This document shows positions 41,410-50,911 of a stretch of 64,000 nt of DNA, in pieces. The position numbers and the translations under genes are program-made. The notes under the pieces are model-generated. The model was not told where the DNA came from. It worked only from the letters and a program-made list of their open reading frames with translations, and made no database searches. Source of the DNA: Leptospira sp. (lineage in GTDB: Bacteria > Spirochaetota > Leptospiria > Leptospirales > Leptospiraceae). Numbering within the stretch: the first letter of the stretch is position 1; every line of letters begins with the position of its first letter. The stretch spans positions 320,001-384,000 of the forward strand of contig JAWXAQ010000027.1 of NCBI GenBank assembly GCA_034439575.1. Reading direction: 5' to 3'.

Positions 41410-43399
41410 CGAAATCGCCAGTTGCAAGTTCCCTTTCCCATCCACGGTTTTTGGGCTTCACCAAACTGATTTCATTGCCGAGTTCAAGCATATCAGCTTC
41501 CATAAGTAATTTACCTTTTCTCTCAAATCGTACAATTGATTTTTGAGAAAGGCCACTTTGTTTACCGAGTGAGATTAGAACTTCCGTCTCTTTTACTTTT
41601 AAAATTTTACCTTCAATTGGTAATATTTTTTTAACTTTTTCGGCAATCCTTGCAACGATTGTAGAAAGACTGTCTCTTCCTTTTTGGTTTGTTTTCCAAT
41701 GTCCTATATCTTTGGATGTGAATCTATCATAAAGACTAATATCTAAATCAATTGTATCGTTTTGAAATTCATAATTACCATGTAACACATAACGAATTTT
41801 ATCTTTATTGATCCTAAGGGCATCTAAATTATGTAATGATTCGACAGAAAAAGGGATTGTTTTTGTATATGGGTGAAAGTTTGTTTCTCGTATTTGATCT
41901 CGAATTTTTAAAAATTCTTTATCTTCAGGTAATCGAACATGGAAAATATTTTTTAATTCGTAGCGAAGAGCGCGTGCTAGAAGGCGGCCTCCTGGATAAT
42001 GTTCTGGAAATGGAACTCTTGATTCCAGATCAAATACATACACTTCAGGGGTATAAGAAACAGAATTTGTTAATATACCTTTTGGTTCAATTTGGAAAAG
42101 TCCTTCTCTTGATTCGAGTGAAGTTTTAAGGGATTTAATGGCGAATTCCAATTTATTTTGTAATTTGAAATTTTTTGGATCTTCTTCTCTTAGTTTAATG
42201 AGTAAATTGATATATTTTACTGCATCTCCGTTCAGATCGTAATCATTTAAGAGTTCGCCTCTTACGTTCATGGGAGTTAGGTCTTTTGCTCGCAGTAAAT
42301 GAAATCTGGCACTCTTATAATAAAGGGAAAATTTCTCTGCCAAAAATCTTTCCTTTCTATAATCACCCAGTTCCCTTCGAAATTTAGAATCTTCCTTGAG
42401 AGATTTAATGGCAAATTCTTCGGCTTCCAAACGTGAAATTTCGTCCATATCATCTAAATGTAAAGTGCGACGATAATGAAATTCCGAAAATTTATCTCGA
42501 CCGAGCTCCTCGCCAAGACTTGCTTCTAATGAATGATAATACTTATTCTCAGGAAATTCACGAGCCAATTCATATATGAGTTTAAATGCTTGTTCGAGTA
42601 ATGCTTTATCAATGTTTGTTTGTTTATATGCCTCTATTATTTTTAGCTGAACAAGAAGTAAACGAGAAGCTTCATGTTTTTCTTCTAAATTTAAAGCATT
42701 TTGTAAATTTATTTCTGCATCTTTTAAAGAATTTATTAAATTGGGAACTTGGAAATAATTTCGATACAAATTCAGTTTTGCTAATAAATAAAATCCGTTG
42801 GGATCGCTTGGTACTAGAGATATATATTTAGATAAACTATTATCAGCATCTTGCCATTTATTGCTTAATAAATATAGCTCAACTAACATCTTTTCCACAT
42901 CGGCAGGATGATTGAGTTTTTCACTAAGCCTTTGCAATTTATAGATGGCTAATTCTTTTTTTTGGACACTTAAAAGAAACTTAGCTTCCAAGATGCGAAG
43001 TCCAGTATGATTTGGAAATTCTTCGAGTAGAGGATCAATCCTTTTTGGGACTTCGGTTATCTCATTTAATTCTAAATTGATTTCGGATAATCCGATTACG
43101 GCATCAAAATTTTTTGAGTAACGATTTAGAATTTCCGAATATGCTCTTTTGGCATCATTGTATGAGCCCAAAGATTTCGAACATTGTGCATAACCTAATT
43201 TTGCTTCTACGGAATTAGGATTTAATTTTAATGCATTCTGAAAATTAATGATGGCTCTGCCACAATTTCCCTGGATTTGCTTTTCTTTCCCTAAATTCAA
43301 TTCGTCAATAGCTGTTTCTGCAAAAACAGATATATTAAAAAGTAGCCATAGACAAATTAAAAATTTAGTTTTCATTTGGAACAAAGTATCCCGCCTCAT
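41366..43399 (-). CDS. Exported tetratricopeptide-repeat protein with C-terminal CsgG/TolB-N/FlgT-like region
   Basis: Signal peptide and multiple TPRs; YVLHGNY...LDISLYD and IEGKILKV...VLISLGKQSGL at the C-terminus. Confidence 0.7.
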   Translation of the reverse strand: MRRDTLFQMKTKFLICLWLLFNISVFAETAIDELNLGKEKQIQGNCGRAIINFQNALKLNPNSVEAKLGYAQCSKSLGSYNDAKRAYSEILNRYSKNFDAVIGLSEINLELNEITEVPKRIDPLLEEFPNHTGLRILEAKFLLSVQKKELAIYKLQRLSEKLNHPADVEKMLVELYLLSNKWQDADNSLSKYISLVPSDPNGFYLLAKLNLYRNYFQVPNLINSLKDAEINLQNALNLEEKHEASRLLLVQLKIIEAYKQTNIDKALLEQAFKLIYELAREFPENKYYHSLEASLGEELGRDKFSEFHYRRTLHLDDMDEISRLEAEEFAIKSLKEDSKFRRELGDYRKERFLAEKFSLYYKSARFHLLRAKDLTPMNVRGELLNDYDLNGDAVKYINLLIKLREEDPKNFKLQNKLEFAIKSLKTSLESREGLFQIEPKGILTNSVSYTPEVYVFDLESRVPFPEHYPGGRLLARALRYELKNIFHVRLPEDKEFLKIRDQIRETNFHPYTKTIPFSVESLHNLDALRINKDKIRYVLHGNYEFQNDTIDLDISLYDRFTSKDIGHWKTNQKGRDSLSTIVARIAEKVKKILPIEGKILKVKETEVLISLGKQSGLSQKSIVRFERKGKLLMEADMLELGNEISLVKPKNRGWERELATGDFVTVHLTEDKGSKNN

Positions 43400-45422
43400 C
43401 TTTTCCTTTTACACCACGATGATCTACTTCTACCGTTAAATTTATAAAACGATCAATAAGCTCGGGGTTGATATCGGTTTTATAAGACAATATATATCGA
43501 TTATCATAATTATTTCTTAATATCTGATATAAATTTCTTTCATCACCTTCACCATCTAAGTAAATATACTTTCCCTTAGTAGGTTCTGTCACATCAGACC
43601 AAAAACGTTTTGATGAAGTTTTATTATTTGTGCTAAGTACATAGATGGGTATAGAATGAGCTTTAGAAAATTCTATGATTCTTGTTTTCGAATATTGTAA
43701 AAAACTTTGATCATTTGTATCTCCAGAAACTAAAAAAATTAAAGCTCTGGGTCCAATATTTTGTGATAATTTTAATAAAGCCGTTAAAGCCGATTTTCCA
43801 AAATTAAATTTTTCTTCCTTTTTTGAATCACGAATTTTTGCTAAAATTTCTAACTTAGATTGAGTGAAAGGTAAAATCAAATTTGTATCTTTTCCAGATC
43901 TATATAAAGACAAATTGTCCCATTCTGTTAAAGAATTAAAAAAAGGAGTTAATGAATCATTGATGATAGGAATAGCTTTACTTAAAGCATCACTATTTTC
44001 ATAAACAAATGCTACATTCATTTTTTCATTGATTTTGTTTCTTTTGGCAAGAGAGAAAAGGGGAGTCATATTATCATTTTCATACACTCGGAATGCAAGT
44101 CTGTCCACTCCAATGATTTCATCACCCGAGCGATTTCTAAGCCGTGTATAAATATGAATGTTTGGAAAATTGCTAGTATCTATACTTTCCACTCTAAGAT
44201 CGAGTGAAGAGAGTAGGCTATTTTTTTCAGTGAATATATCAATTCTATGCCTTGCATAATCCAATGCATAAAATGATCCCGACGAATCAATGTTAACTGA
44301 AAATGGGCGAGTTAAGACTCGATACACTCCATTTTTGTCTCTAAATCTAGGTAATAATTTCCAATCACCAGCATCGAGTGAATAAGACCAAATTCCCGTT
44401 AACTCATCGGTCAAATAAATTTGATTTTCTATGATTTTGATATTGCGAGGTTTTTTCCATTCAGATCGAGTGATTTCTTGAACCACATTTCCATCTAAAT
44501 CAAAAACCAAAACTCTTTGGTTATCTTTATCAACGACATAAATCTGATCTTTATAGAAGGTTAGACCTGCCGGATTTTTTAAAATATTTTTGCCAGAACC
44601 TGAAAATTCAATTTCAAAGAGACCTTTTTCATTAAATTTTTGCACTCGATTGTTTCCAGCATCACTCACATAAAAGTTTCCATTGAAATCAAAACTAATT
44701 CCTGAGGGTCCATGAAATAAACCAGGAGAATTTCCCGGTCCACCTATGGTCTGTAAAATCTTTCCGCCAGTATCGAAAACTAAAATCTCATCTCTTCCAA
44801 AGTCACAAAGATAAATTTTATTTTTAAATGAGGCAATTGAAACAGGTTTATCTATTTTTTTTGTAAAGTTACCTTTCCAATTCGATAACGGTTCACCATT
44901 TGCATTAAACTTAATAACATTGGAAGTTCCAAAGCCAGCAACATAGAAGTTTCCTTCTGAATCAAAAGTCATATCGACTGGATTTCTAAATCTATTATTT
45001 CTAAAATTATCACCTTCTAGAGTTTTAAAATAAATGCGTTCCAGCGGTGTGCTACCACCAGCAATCGCAAGTCTCAATACTTCAATTTTATTTTGAATTA
45101 ACAAATCATTCTTTCTTTGGGAAGAAAGAATTTCTAATTCTTCTAATGATTGCTCCCATTCACCTAGCAAATAGTAGTTGTTCGCTAGCTCTAAACGTGC
45201 CAAAGAAAAATCTTTTTTCAATTGAACCGCTTTTTGAAATCTTTCTTTCGCGGCAGAATATTGTTTTAGGTTTCTGTAGGTGAGTCCACGTTTAAATTCT
45301 TCCTTAGCAGATTCCTCATTGAGAGTGAAATTGGGAAAATCTATAGGAACGATTTGGGTTGCCACCAAAAAGACTAAAAAGCTAAGAATTCGTCTCAAAA
45401 CAGTTTTCCTCTCCCTATCCAA
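43365..45422 (-). CDS. Exported TPR / NHL beta-propeller / vWA-like protein
   Basis: N-terminal TPR; NHL repeats (PSGISFD..GNFYVSDAGNNRVQKF); IDTSNFPNI and YILSYKT segments flanking a vWA-like domain. Confidence 0.8.
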   Translation of the reverse strand: MDRERKTVLRRILSFLVFLVATQIVPIDFPNFTLNEESAKEEFKRGLTYRNLKQYSAAKERFQKAVQLKKDFSLARLELANNYYLLGEWEQSLEELEILSSQRKNDLLIQNKIEVLRLAIAGGSTPLERIYFKTLEGDNFRNNRFRNPVDMTFDSEGNFYVAGFGTSNVIKFNANGEPLSNWKGNFTKKIDKPVSIASFKNKIYLCDFGRDEILVFDTGGKILQTIGGPGNSPGLFHGPSGISFDFNGNFYVSDAGNNRVQKFNEKGLFEIEFSGSGKNILKNPAGLTFYKDQIYVVDKDNQRVLVFDLDGNVVQEITRSEWKKPRNIKIIENQIYLTDELTGIWSYSLDAGDWKLLPRFRDKNGVYRVLTRPFSVNIDSSGSFYALDYARHRIDIFTEKNSLLSSLDLRVESIDTSNFPNIHIYTRLRNRSGDEIIGVDRLAFRVYENDNMTPLFSLAKRNKINEKMNVAFVYENSDALSKAIPIINDSLTPFFNSLTEWDNLSLYRSGKDTNLILPFTQSKLEILAKIRDSKKEEKFNFGKSALTALLKLSQNIGPRALIFLVSGDTNDQSFLQYSKTRIIEFSKAHSIPIYVLSTNNKTSSKRFWSDVTEPTKGKYIYLDGEGDERNLYQILRNNYDNRYILSYKTDINPELIDRFINLTVEVDHRGVKGKDEAGYFVPNEN

Positions 45423-45533
45423 TGGGACATAATCCAGAAGTCAATCCAGAACTGTGATTTTCCGTGCAAATCCTGAATTCTACTTCTTTATTCTCGACAT
45501 AAACTCCAATTCTCCCAACATGGAATTGCCCTT

Positions 45534-47123
45534 ATGTCCCCTGAAACCATTGAAAAAGAGGTAAAGAGACGGCGAACTTTTGCCATCATTGCCCATCCCG
45601 ATGCCGGAAAAACGACTTTAACCGAAAAACTCCTATTGTATGGGGGTGCGATCCAGTTGGCTGGTGCCGTAAAGGCTCGCAAACAAGGTAAATCGGCCAC
45701 TTCCGATTGGATGGCGATGGAGAAAGAAAGAGGGATTTCTATCACATCAGCGGCTTTGCAATTTGAATACAAAGATGCGATTTTAAACCTACTGGATACT
45801 CCCGGCCATGAAGATTTTTCTGAAGATACATACCGTACACTTATGGCGGCAGATACAGCCGTTATGGTCTTAGATGCTGGAAAGGGAGTCGAGCCACAAA
45901 CTATAAAATTATTTCGTGTTTGTCGGGATCGTGGAATTCCGATCATTACATTTATCAATAAAATGGATCGTCCGACAAAAGATCTTTATGCTTTGTTAGA
46001 CGAAATAGAAAAAGTTCTCGGGATCAAAGCAGTTCCGGACGTTTGGCCACTCGGAACAGGTTTTGATTTTAAGGGAGTCTACGATTTACGGGATAAACAA
46101 TTATTTCTCTTTGATCGGACCCCAGGTGGAAAACAAAAATCGGCATTTCGGATCTCAGGTCCCAATGATAAAGAATTAGATGCTCAGTTTGATGCAGAAA
46201 TACTTTCAAGCTTTAGAGAACAAATTGATTTAGTTGAGAATGGCATTGGATCAGTGGATTTAAATTCCTTTTTGGTTGGTCGTGAAACACCTGTTTATTT
46301 TGGATCTGCTGTCAATAATTTTGGTATTGAATTGTTTCTAAACAAATTTCTAGCTCTTGCCCCAGCTCCAGATCATATTCCATTAAGAGACGGAAATTTA
46401 CTTGATCCAGTCAATTCTCCGTTTAGTGCCTTCGTTTTTAAAGTACAAGCAAACATGAATAAGGCGCATCGAGATCGAATTGCTTTTTTGCGTGTTTGTT
46501 CTGGCGTTTTTGAAAGAGGATTGAATGTTAATCATAACCGATTGGACAAACAAGTTAAACTATCTTCTTCATTTGCCTTTTTTGGCCAAGATAGAAATAC
46601 TGTAGATCTCGCCTATCCAGGCGACATCATAGGATTAGTTAATCCTGGAACATTTAAGATTGGTGATATTTTATCTAATGGTGTAGCACCGATGCTTCGT
46701 CCACTTCCCAGTTTTGCGCCGGAATTATTTGCAACGATTTCATGCCGTGATACCTTACAATTAAAATCTTTCAAAAAAGGTTTGGACCAATTGGCAGAAG
46801 AAGGCATCTTACATTTGTTTACTTCAAGAACCATTGGTGGTGGCGTTCCTATCATCGGAGCTATGGGTAAATTGCAATTTGAAGTATTTCAAAGGCGACT
46901 CAAAGATGAATACAATGCTGAAACTAATTTGCATATACTTCCCTATAGCGTATCCAGATGGATTTCCAAGGAAGACATTTCTAAAGTGCCAAGTAATGCA
47001 AATTTGGTGGAAGATATGTTTGGCAATCCATCTTTACTTTTTGATACAGAATGGGATATGAATTACTTTGTCAAAAATAATGAAGATCTCACTCTACTTA
47101 GTTCACCTGAAATTCAAGAATAG
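45534..47123 (+). CDS. prfC: Peptide chain release factor 3
   Basis: RRTFAIIAHPDAGKTTLTEKLLL, ERGISIT, DTPGHEDFSEDTYR, NKMD and HRDRIAF. Confidence 0.98.
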   Translation: MSPETIEKEVKRRRTFAIIAHPDAGKTTLTEKLLLYGGAIQLAGAVKARKQGKSATSDWMAMEKERGISITSAALQFEYKDAILNLLDTPGHEDFSEDTYRTLMAADTAVMVLDAGKGVEPQTIKLFRVCRDRGIPIITFINKMDRPTKDLYALLDEIEKVLGIKAVPDVWPLGTGFDFKGVYDLRDKQLFLFDRTPGGKQKSAFRISGPNDKELDAQFDAEILSSFREQIDLVENGIGSVDLNSFLVGRETPVYFGSAVNNFGIELFLNKFLALAPAPDHIPLRDGNLLDPVNSPFSAFVFKVQANMNKAHRDRIAFLRVCSGVFERGLNVNHNRLDKQVKLSSSFAFFGQDRNTVDLAYPGDIIGLVNPGTFKIGDILSNGVAPMLRPLPSFAPELFATISCRDTLQLKSFKKGLDQLAEEGILHLFTSRTIGGGVPIIGAMGKLQFEVFQRRLKDEYNAETNLHILPYSVSRWISKEDISKVPSNANLVEDMFGNPSLLFDTEWDMNYFVKNNEDLTLLSSPEIQE

Positions 47124-47158
47124 AATTTATATAAATACTATTAACAGATTTAATCTTT

Positions 47159-49126
47159 TTATTTTAATATATTTCTATAAAATTTTTCAAATTCTTTGAT
47201 TTCAATTCCAATCCAAGTGATATCATCTGGGTATCCTACGCCTTGCGCGTGACTTTTTATCTCATCCACTAAGTTTGATTTTGTTTCATTGAGAGACAAT
47301 TGTTTAGCATTCTTAAAAAATTGAATCAGATTTTCTCCACCAATTGATTCTTGTTTTGAATTTCTTACGTCTGTTAGTCCATCAGTAAACATAAAAAATC
47401 TATCACCTTTATTAATATCAAATTCTAAAATTTTAGGCACAAAGGATGGAAGCATCCCGAGCATAGGATTTAATCTTTCTGGAACCTTTACATTGCCATC
47501 AGGTTGAATATGGATCATACCTGGGTGACCCGCATTCGCATAGTGGGCTTTTTGGATATTAAAATCAAATATGATAAAATGAAAGGGAACAAATGAAAGT
47601 GCTTCTGGAAGATTATCTCTAACACCTGAATTCATTTTTAATAGGATTTGACTCGGTTCTGTTGTCTCTTTCAGAATTTGGTGAAATAATACCCTAACAA
47701 CAGTCATCATCATCGCAGCTTGAACACCATGTCCAACTATATCACCCAAAACAAATAAATATTTGTTATCATTTAGTTTTATAAAATCATAATAGTCCCC
47801 ACTAACATGAAGTAGGGGTAAATAGTAGAAATCATATTCTATTTCAGGGATTTTAATGAGATTTTGTGGTAGATATTTTTTTTGCAATATCTTTGCATAA
47901 ACCATTTCTTTTTCAAATTCTAATTTTTTGGCTGAAATATCTTGAACGATAATCAGTGTCCCCCTAGGGATACTTGAATTGTTTTCCAAAAACCATAAAT
48001 GCAGTTCAATTTCTAAAAATATCTTCTCTCCATCATTTGATACAGTTTCCCATTCTTCAATGCGAGTTCTTGCCGTGATTTCTTTATTTCCATAAACTTG
48101 ATCTAGAAATTTTTTAGCTTCCTGATTTAATTTTTCATACACTGACATTTTATCAATAAAGAGATCTCTGATAGAAATTTCAGATTCTAGATTTGGATTG
48201 CTTAATAATTCCTTTCCATCTGCATCATATAACATCGCTGCATGTGGGAACTCTCGAAAAACAATGTTTAGTTTTCTTTTGTCTTCCATTTCTCGTCCCG
48301 AAATCAAGGCAGAGAATATTAGAGAAATAGCAAAAAGTAATAGTAAAAATAAAACGTTCTTTATGAAATTATCTCGCACCGGAACTAACATCGTTTCTTT
48401 GGGGCTACTTACAAATAGATGAAAGGGCAATCCGTACATAGGAAAACTGGATAAAAAATATCCTTCCTTATTTACTTCCACATCTCTGATTTTTGGAAGT
48501 TTTTCATTTTCACTTGCATGTTTGGCTAAAATTTCAAACCATTCTGATGGAATTCTAAAATCAGATTCTATTTGGCTAGATAAACCAAAATCACCGTCTT
48601 GATTTAAAAGAAAAATCGATTCATTCGGTTCACTAAATGGTGAATCAAGCAATAGATCTTCTAAAAATTCTGCAGAATAAATCCAATAATTTTTATTTTC
48701 ATAAAGTAAAATCCAATTTTTTTGAACGTTATCATAAGGGCAGGTAAATTGAAATATTTTTCTAATTCCGTAGCTAAATGTTAGTTGATTTTCGTTAAGA
48801 CATTGGTTAAAAACTTTATTTTCTTCCAAATCGTTTCTATTTCCAGTCCAGAAGTAATTTTTTTCCTTTGACTGAGTTGATAAATGATCCCTTATGTGAT
48901 TTTCAAAATCTATGGACATCAACTGAACGCGCGTTAATTGAAATCTGTAGTTCCAGTCTAAGGTTTCTTTATAATTTTGGTATAAAAAATTGGAAATAAA
49001 AAAAGCAAAAGGTAAAATGACAAAAACTATTAGTGAAATAAAAAGTTTTAAAAAAGACTTGGTTTTGAAAATATCAAATGTTCCACGGAGGGGCCTAAAT
49101 TTTAACTTTAGCTCTCCTGGTTTCAT
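47159..49126 (-). CDS. Membrane PP2C/SpoIIE phosphatase (2 TM helices, periplasmic sensor, PAS-like domain)
   Basis: VSGDYYD, GDIVGHG, NAGHP, FTDGLTD and DDIT motifs. Confidence 0.9.
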   Translation of the reverse strand: MKPGELKLKFRPLRGTFDIFKTKSFLKLFISLIVFVILPFAFFISNFLYQNYKETLDWNYRFQLTRVQLMSIDFENHIRDHLSTQSKEKNYFWTGNRNDLEENKVFNQCLNENQLTFSYGIRKIFQFTCPYDNVQKNWILLYENKNYWIYSAEFLEDLLLDSPFSEPNESIFLLNQDGDFGLSSQIESDFRIPSEWFEILAKHASENEKLPKIRDVEVNKEGYFLSSFPMYGLPFHLFVSSPKETMLVPVRDNFIKNVLFLLLLFAISLIFSALISGREMEDKRKLNIVFREFPHAAMLYDADGKELLSNPNLESEISIRDLFIDKMSVYEKLNQEAKKFLDQVYGNKEITARTRIEEWETVSNDGEKIFLEIELHLWFLENNSSIPRGTLIIVQDISAKKLEFEKEMVYAKILQKKYLPQNLIKIPEIEYDFYYLPLLHVSGDYYDFIKLNDNKYLFVLGDIVGHGVQAAMMMTVVRVLFHQILKETTEPSQILLKMNSGVRDNLPEALSFVPFHFIIFDFNIQKAHYANAGHPGMIHIQPDGNVKVPERLNPMLGMLPSFVPKILEFDINKGDRFFMFTDGLTDVRNSKQESIGGENLIQFFKNAKQLSLNETKSNLVDEIKSHAQGVGYPDDITWIGIEIKEFEKFYRNILK

Positions 49127-49127
49127 G

Positions 49128-50081
49128 TTAATTCGTTAATAGAATTATATTATAATTAGCTGATTCTGTATTTCCTAATCTATCAACGCTGTAATATTCA
49201 AAATAAATTTTGTCCTTACATCCATAATTCGTTGTTTCAGAGATAGGAATTTGAGTGTCATACTTTTTCCAATTGGATTTAGTGTTTAAATCACAAACAA
49301 ATCTATAAAAAGTAGATTCTATACCAGAACCAATATCTATGGAATTCAGTTTGAGAAATGTATTTCCAGAAATAAACTTAAAATCACGAGTATTGAATGT
49401 TTCACCAATGATTTGATAGTCTGTATTTGGTGGCGTAAAATCGATATGGAAATTATAACGATTCAATTTTTCTTTATTTCCTAAAGTATCAATTCCATAG
49501 AACTCTAATTGATATTCTCCATCTTTCTCAAATACCAAGGATTCATTTTTTATATTTTGCCAGGGCTTTTCATTGATTCGATACACATACGTTATTTCTT
49601 TTTTGGACTCATTCGAATCACGCAAGAGAATCTTTGGGCTTACCAAATAATTCACTTCCTTTTGATTCTCCGATTTCAGTGTTATAAATGTATCTGTAAT
49701 TACAATGGGTTTGGGGACTTCAAATTTGGTTGTGTCTTTCGTTTTTGGAGTCAGAGGATATCTTTTGATTGGATTTAGTTCTGTCCAATACCCACGGATA
49801 TTGAGTCGAGCAACAGCCCTTACGCGAAAAAAATTTGCATTTGAGGGTGGAGTGATCACCACGCGACCGCGAGGAACTGTTTTTTGTATGGGCGTTTCTA
49901 CTTTGTTTTTTAAGTCTGATTGGTTCCAAAATTCAATTTCATATTCTTTGATAATTGGATTTTTTTCATCCAATAACAAGGTCATCTGAAAGGGGATTTC
50001 TTCCGATTGAAGAGAGATTAAAAATATGTGAAAAAATAAAATAATAAGAGATTTAGAAATGAAGGAAGAACGAAACCTCAT
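49128..50081 (-). CDS. Exported protein with Fn3/Ig-like repeats
   Basis: Signal peptide; FRVRAV; repeated Y/F-x-x-D-x-LGN-x-E modules (FYGIDTLGNKE, YYSVDRLGNTE); DFTPP. Confidence 0.65.
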   Translation of the reverse strand: MRFRSSFISKSLIILFFHIFLISLQSEEIPFQMTLLLDEKNPIIKEYEIEFWNQSDLKNKVETPIQKTVPRGRVVITPPSNANFFRVRAVARLNIRGYWTELNPIKRYPLTPKTKDTTKFEVPKPIVITDTFITLKSENQKEVNYLVSPKILLRDSNESKKEITYVYRINEKPWQNIKNESLVFEKDGEYQLEFYGIDTLGNKEKLNRYNFHIDFTPPNTDYQIIGETFNTRDFKFISGNTFLKLNSIDIGSGIESTFYRFVCDLNTKSNWKKYDTQIPISETTNYGCKDKIYFEYYSVDRLGNTESANYNIILLTN

Positions 50082-50907
50082 GGTTGGATTTTTGGTGCTT
50101 CTGGGATCAAAAACGGAGTCATTGGAGGTTTCCCTTTTTCTACAAATGTGGCATAACCAGCATTAACTTCAACAGTCTCATTTTGGGCGCTGACAGCGAC
50201 TTTGCCTTCATAACAAGCAAGACTCGTATTTTCTTTTTCATCCACTTCTGTAATAAATTCTGTTCCTTTCACATCTGCAATGGCTGCAGGAGTCCTAAGG
50301 ATCAGCATTTTTTTCATCGAAGAACCATTTGCTTTGGAAACGATAGCTTTCAATCTCCCTTTTCGGAGAAAGAAACTATCAGGTTCTGATTCATTTTTGA
50401 CTCGTTCTACAAGCATATGGCTGTTTGGCGACATTTCGAGCTCTGAACCGTTATTTAATCTCAGAGCGAGCTTTGATTCCATATCAGTCTTAGCTTCATC
50501 GCGTAAAAATAGTCCCGTACCGATATGCGCCAGATTCCAGTTAGTTTCCTTTTTGGAATGTAAAAAAACTTCTGTTTGGCCTATACTTTGAATCACTTCG
50601 GCAATGGGTTTTTTCCCAAACTGGCTGGAATCCAAAGTTTCATTCCAGGCATAATTAAATTTGGATTATCGATTTTATTTGATTTGAGTAATTCTTTCCA
50701 TTTTCTTGGGTCATCCAAATAAGTTTTAGAGATGACGGACAATGTTTGCCCTTTTTCTACAAGGATAGTGATGCCATCCTTGCCATGTTCGGAATTACTA
50801 TCAGCTGTTAGAATTGTTAAAAAAGAATAAAATAATATTAAAAAGAAGTAAGAAAGATTCTTGAAAGAGAATTTCAAATTCAGAGAATTCTTTCTTACTT
50901 TGATCAT
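50078..50907 (-). pseudogene. LysM-FecR protein split by a single -1 frameshift (pseudogene, sequencing error or recoded gene)
   Basis: The LysM ORF (VEKGQTLSVISKTYL...NPNLIMPGMKLWIP, 50593-50907) runs into the FecR ORF (LRTPAAIADVKGTEF, CYEGKVAV, 50078-50635) in the -1 frame at TTG GGA AAA AAC (A6 run at 50609-50614). Confidence 0.8.
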
Positions 50908-50911
50908 TTAA

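Noticed and set aside
45488-45958. 156-aa antisense ORF over prfC
   Set aside because: Typical shadow ORF opposite a highly conserved GTPase domain; no independent motifs.
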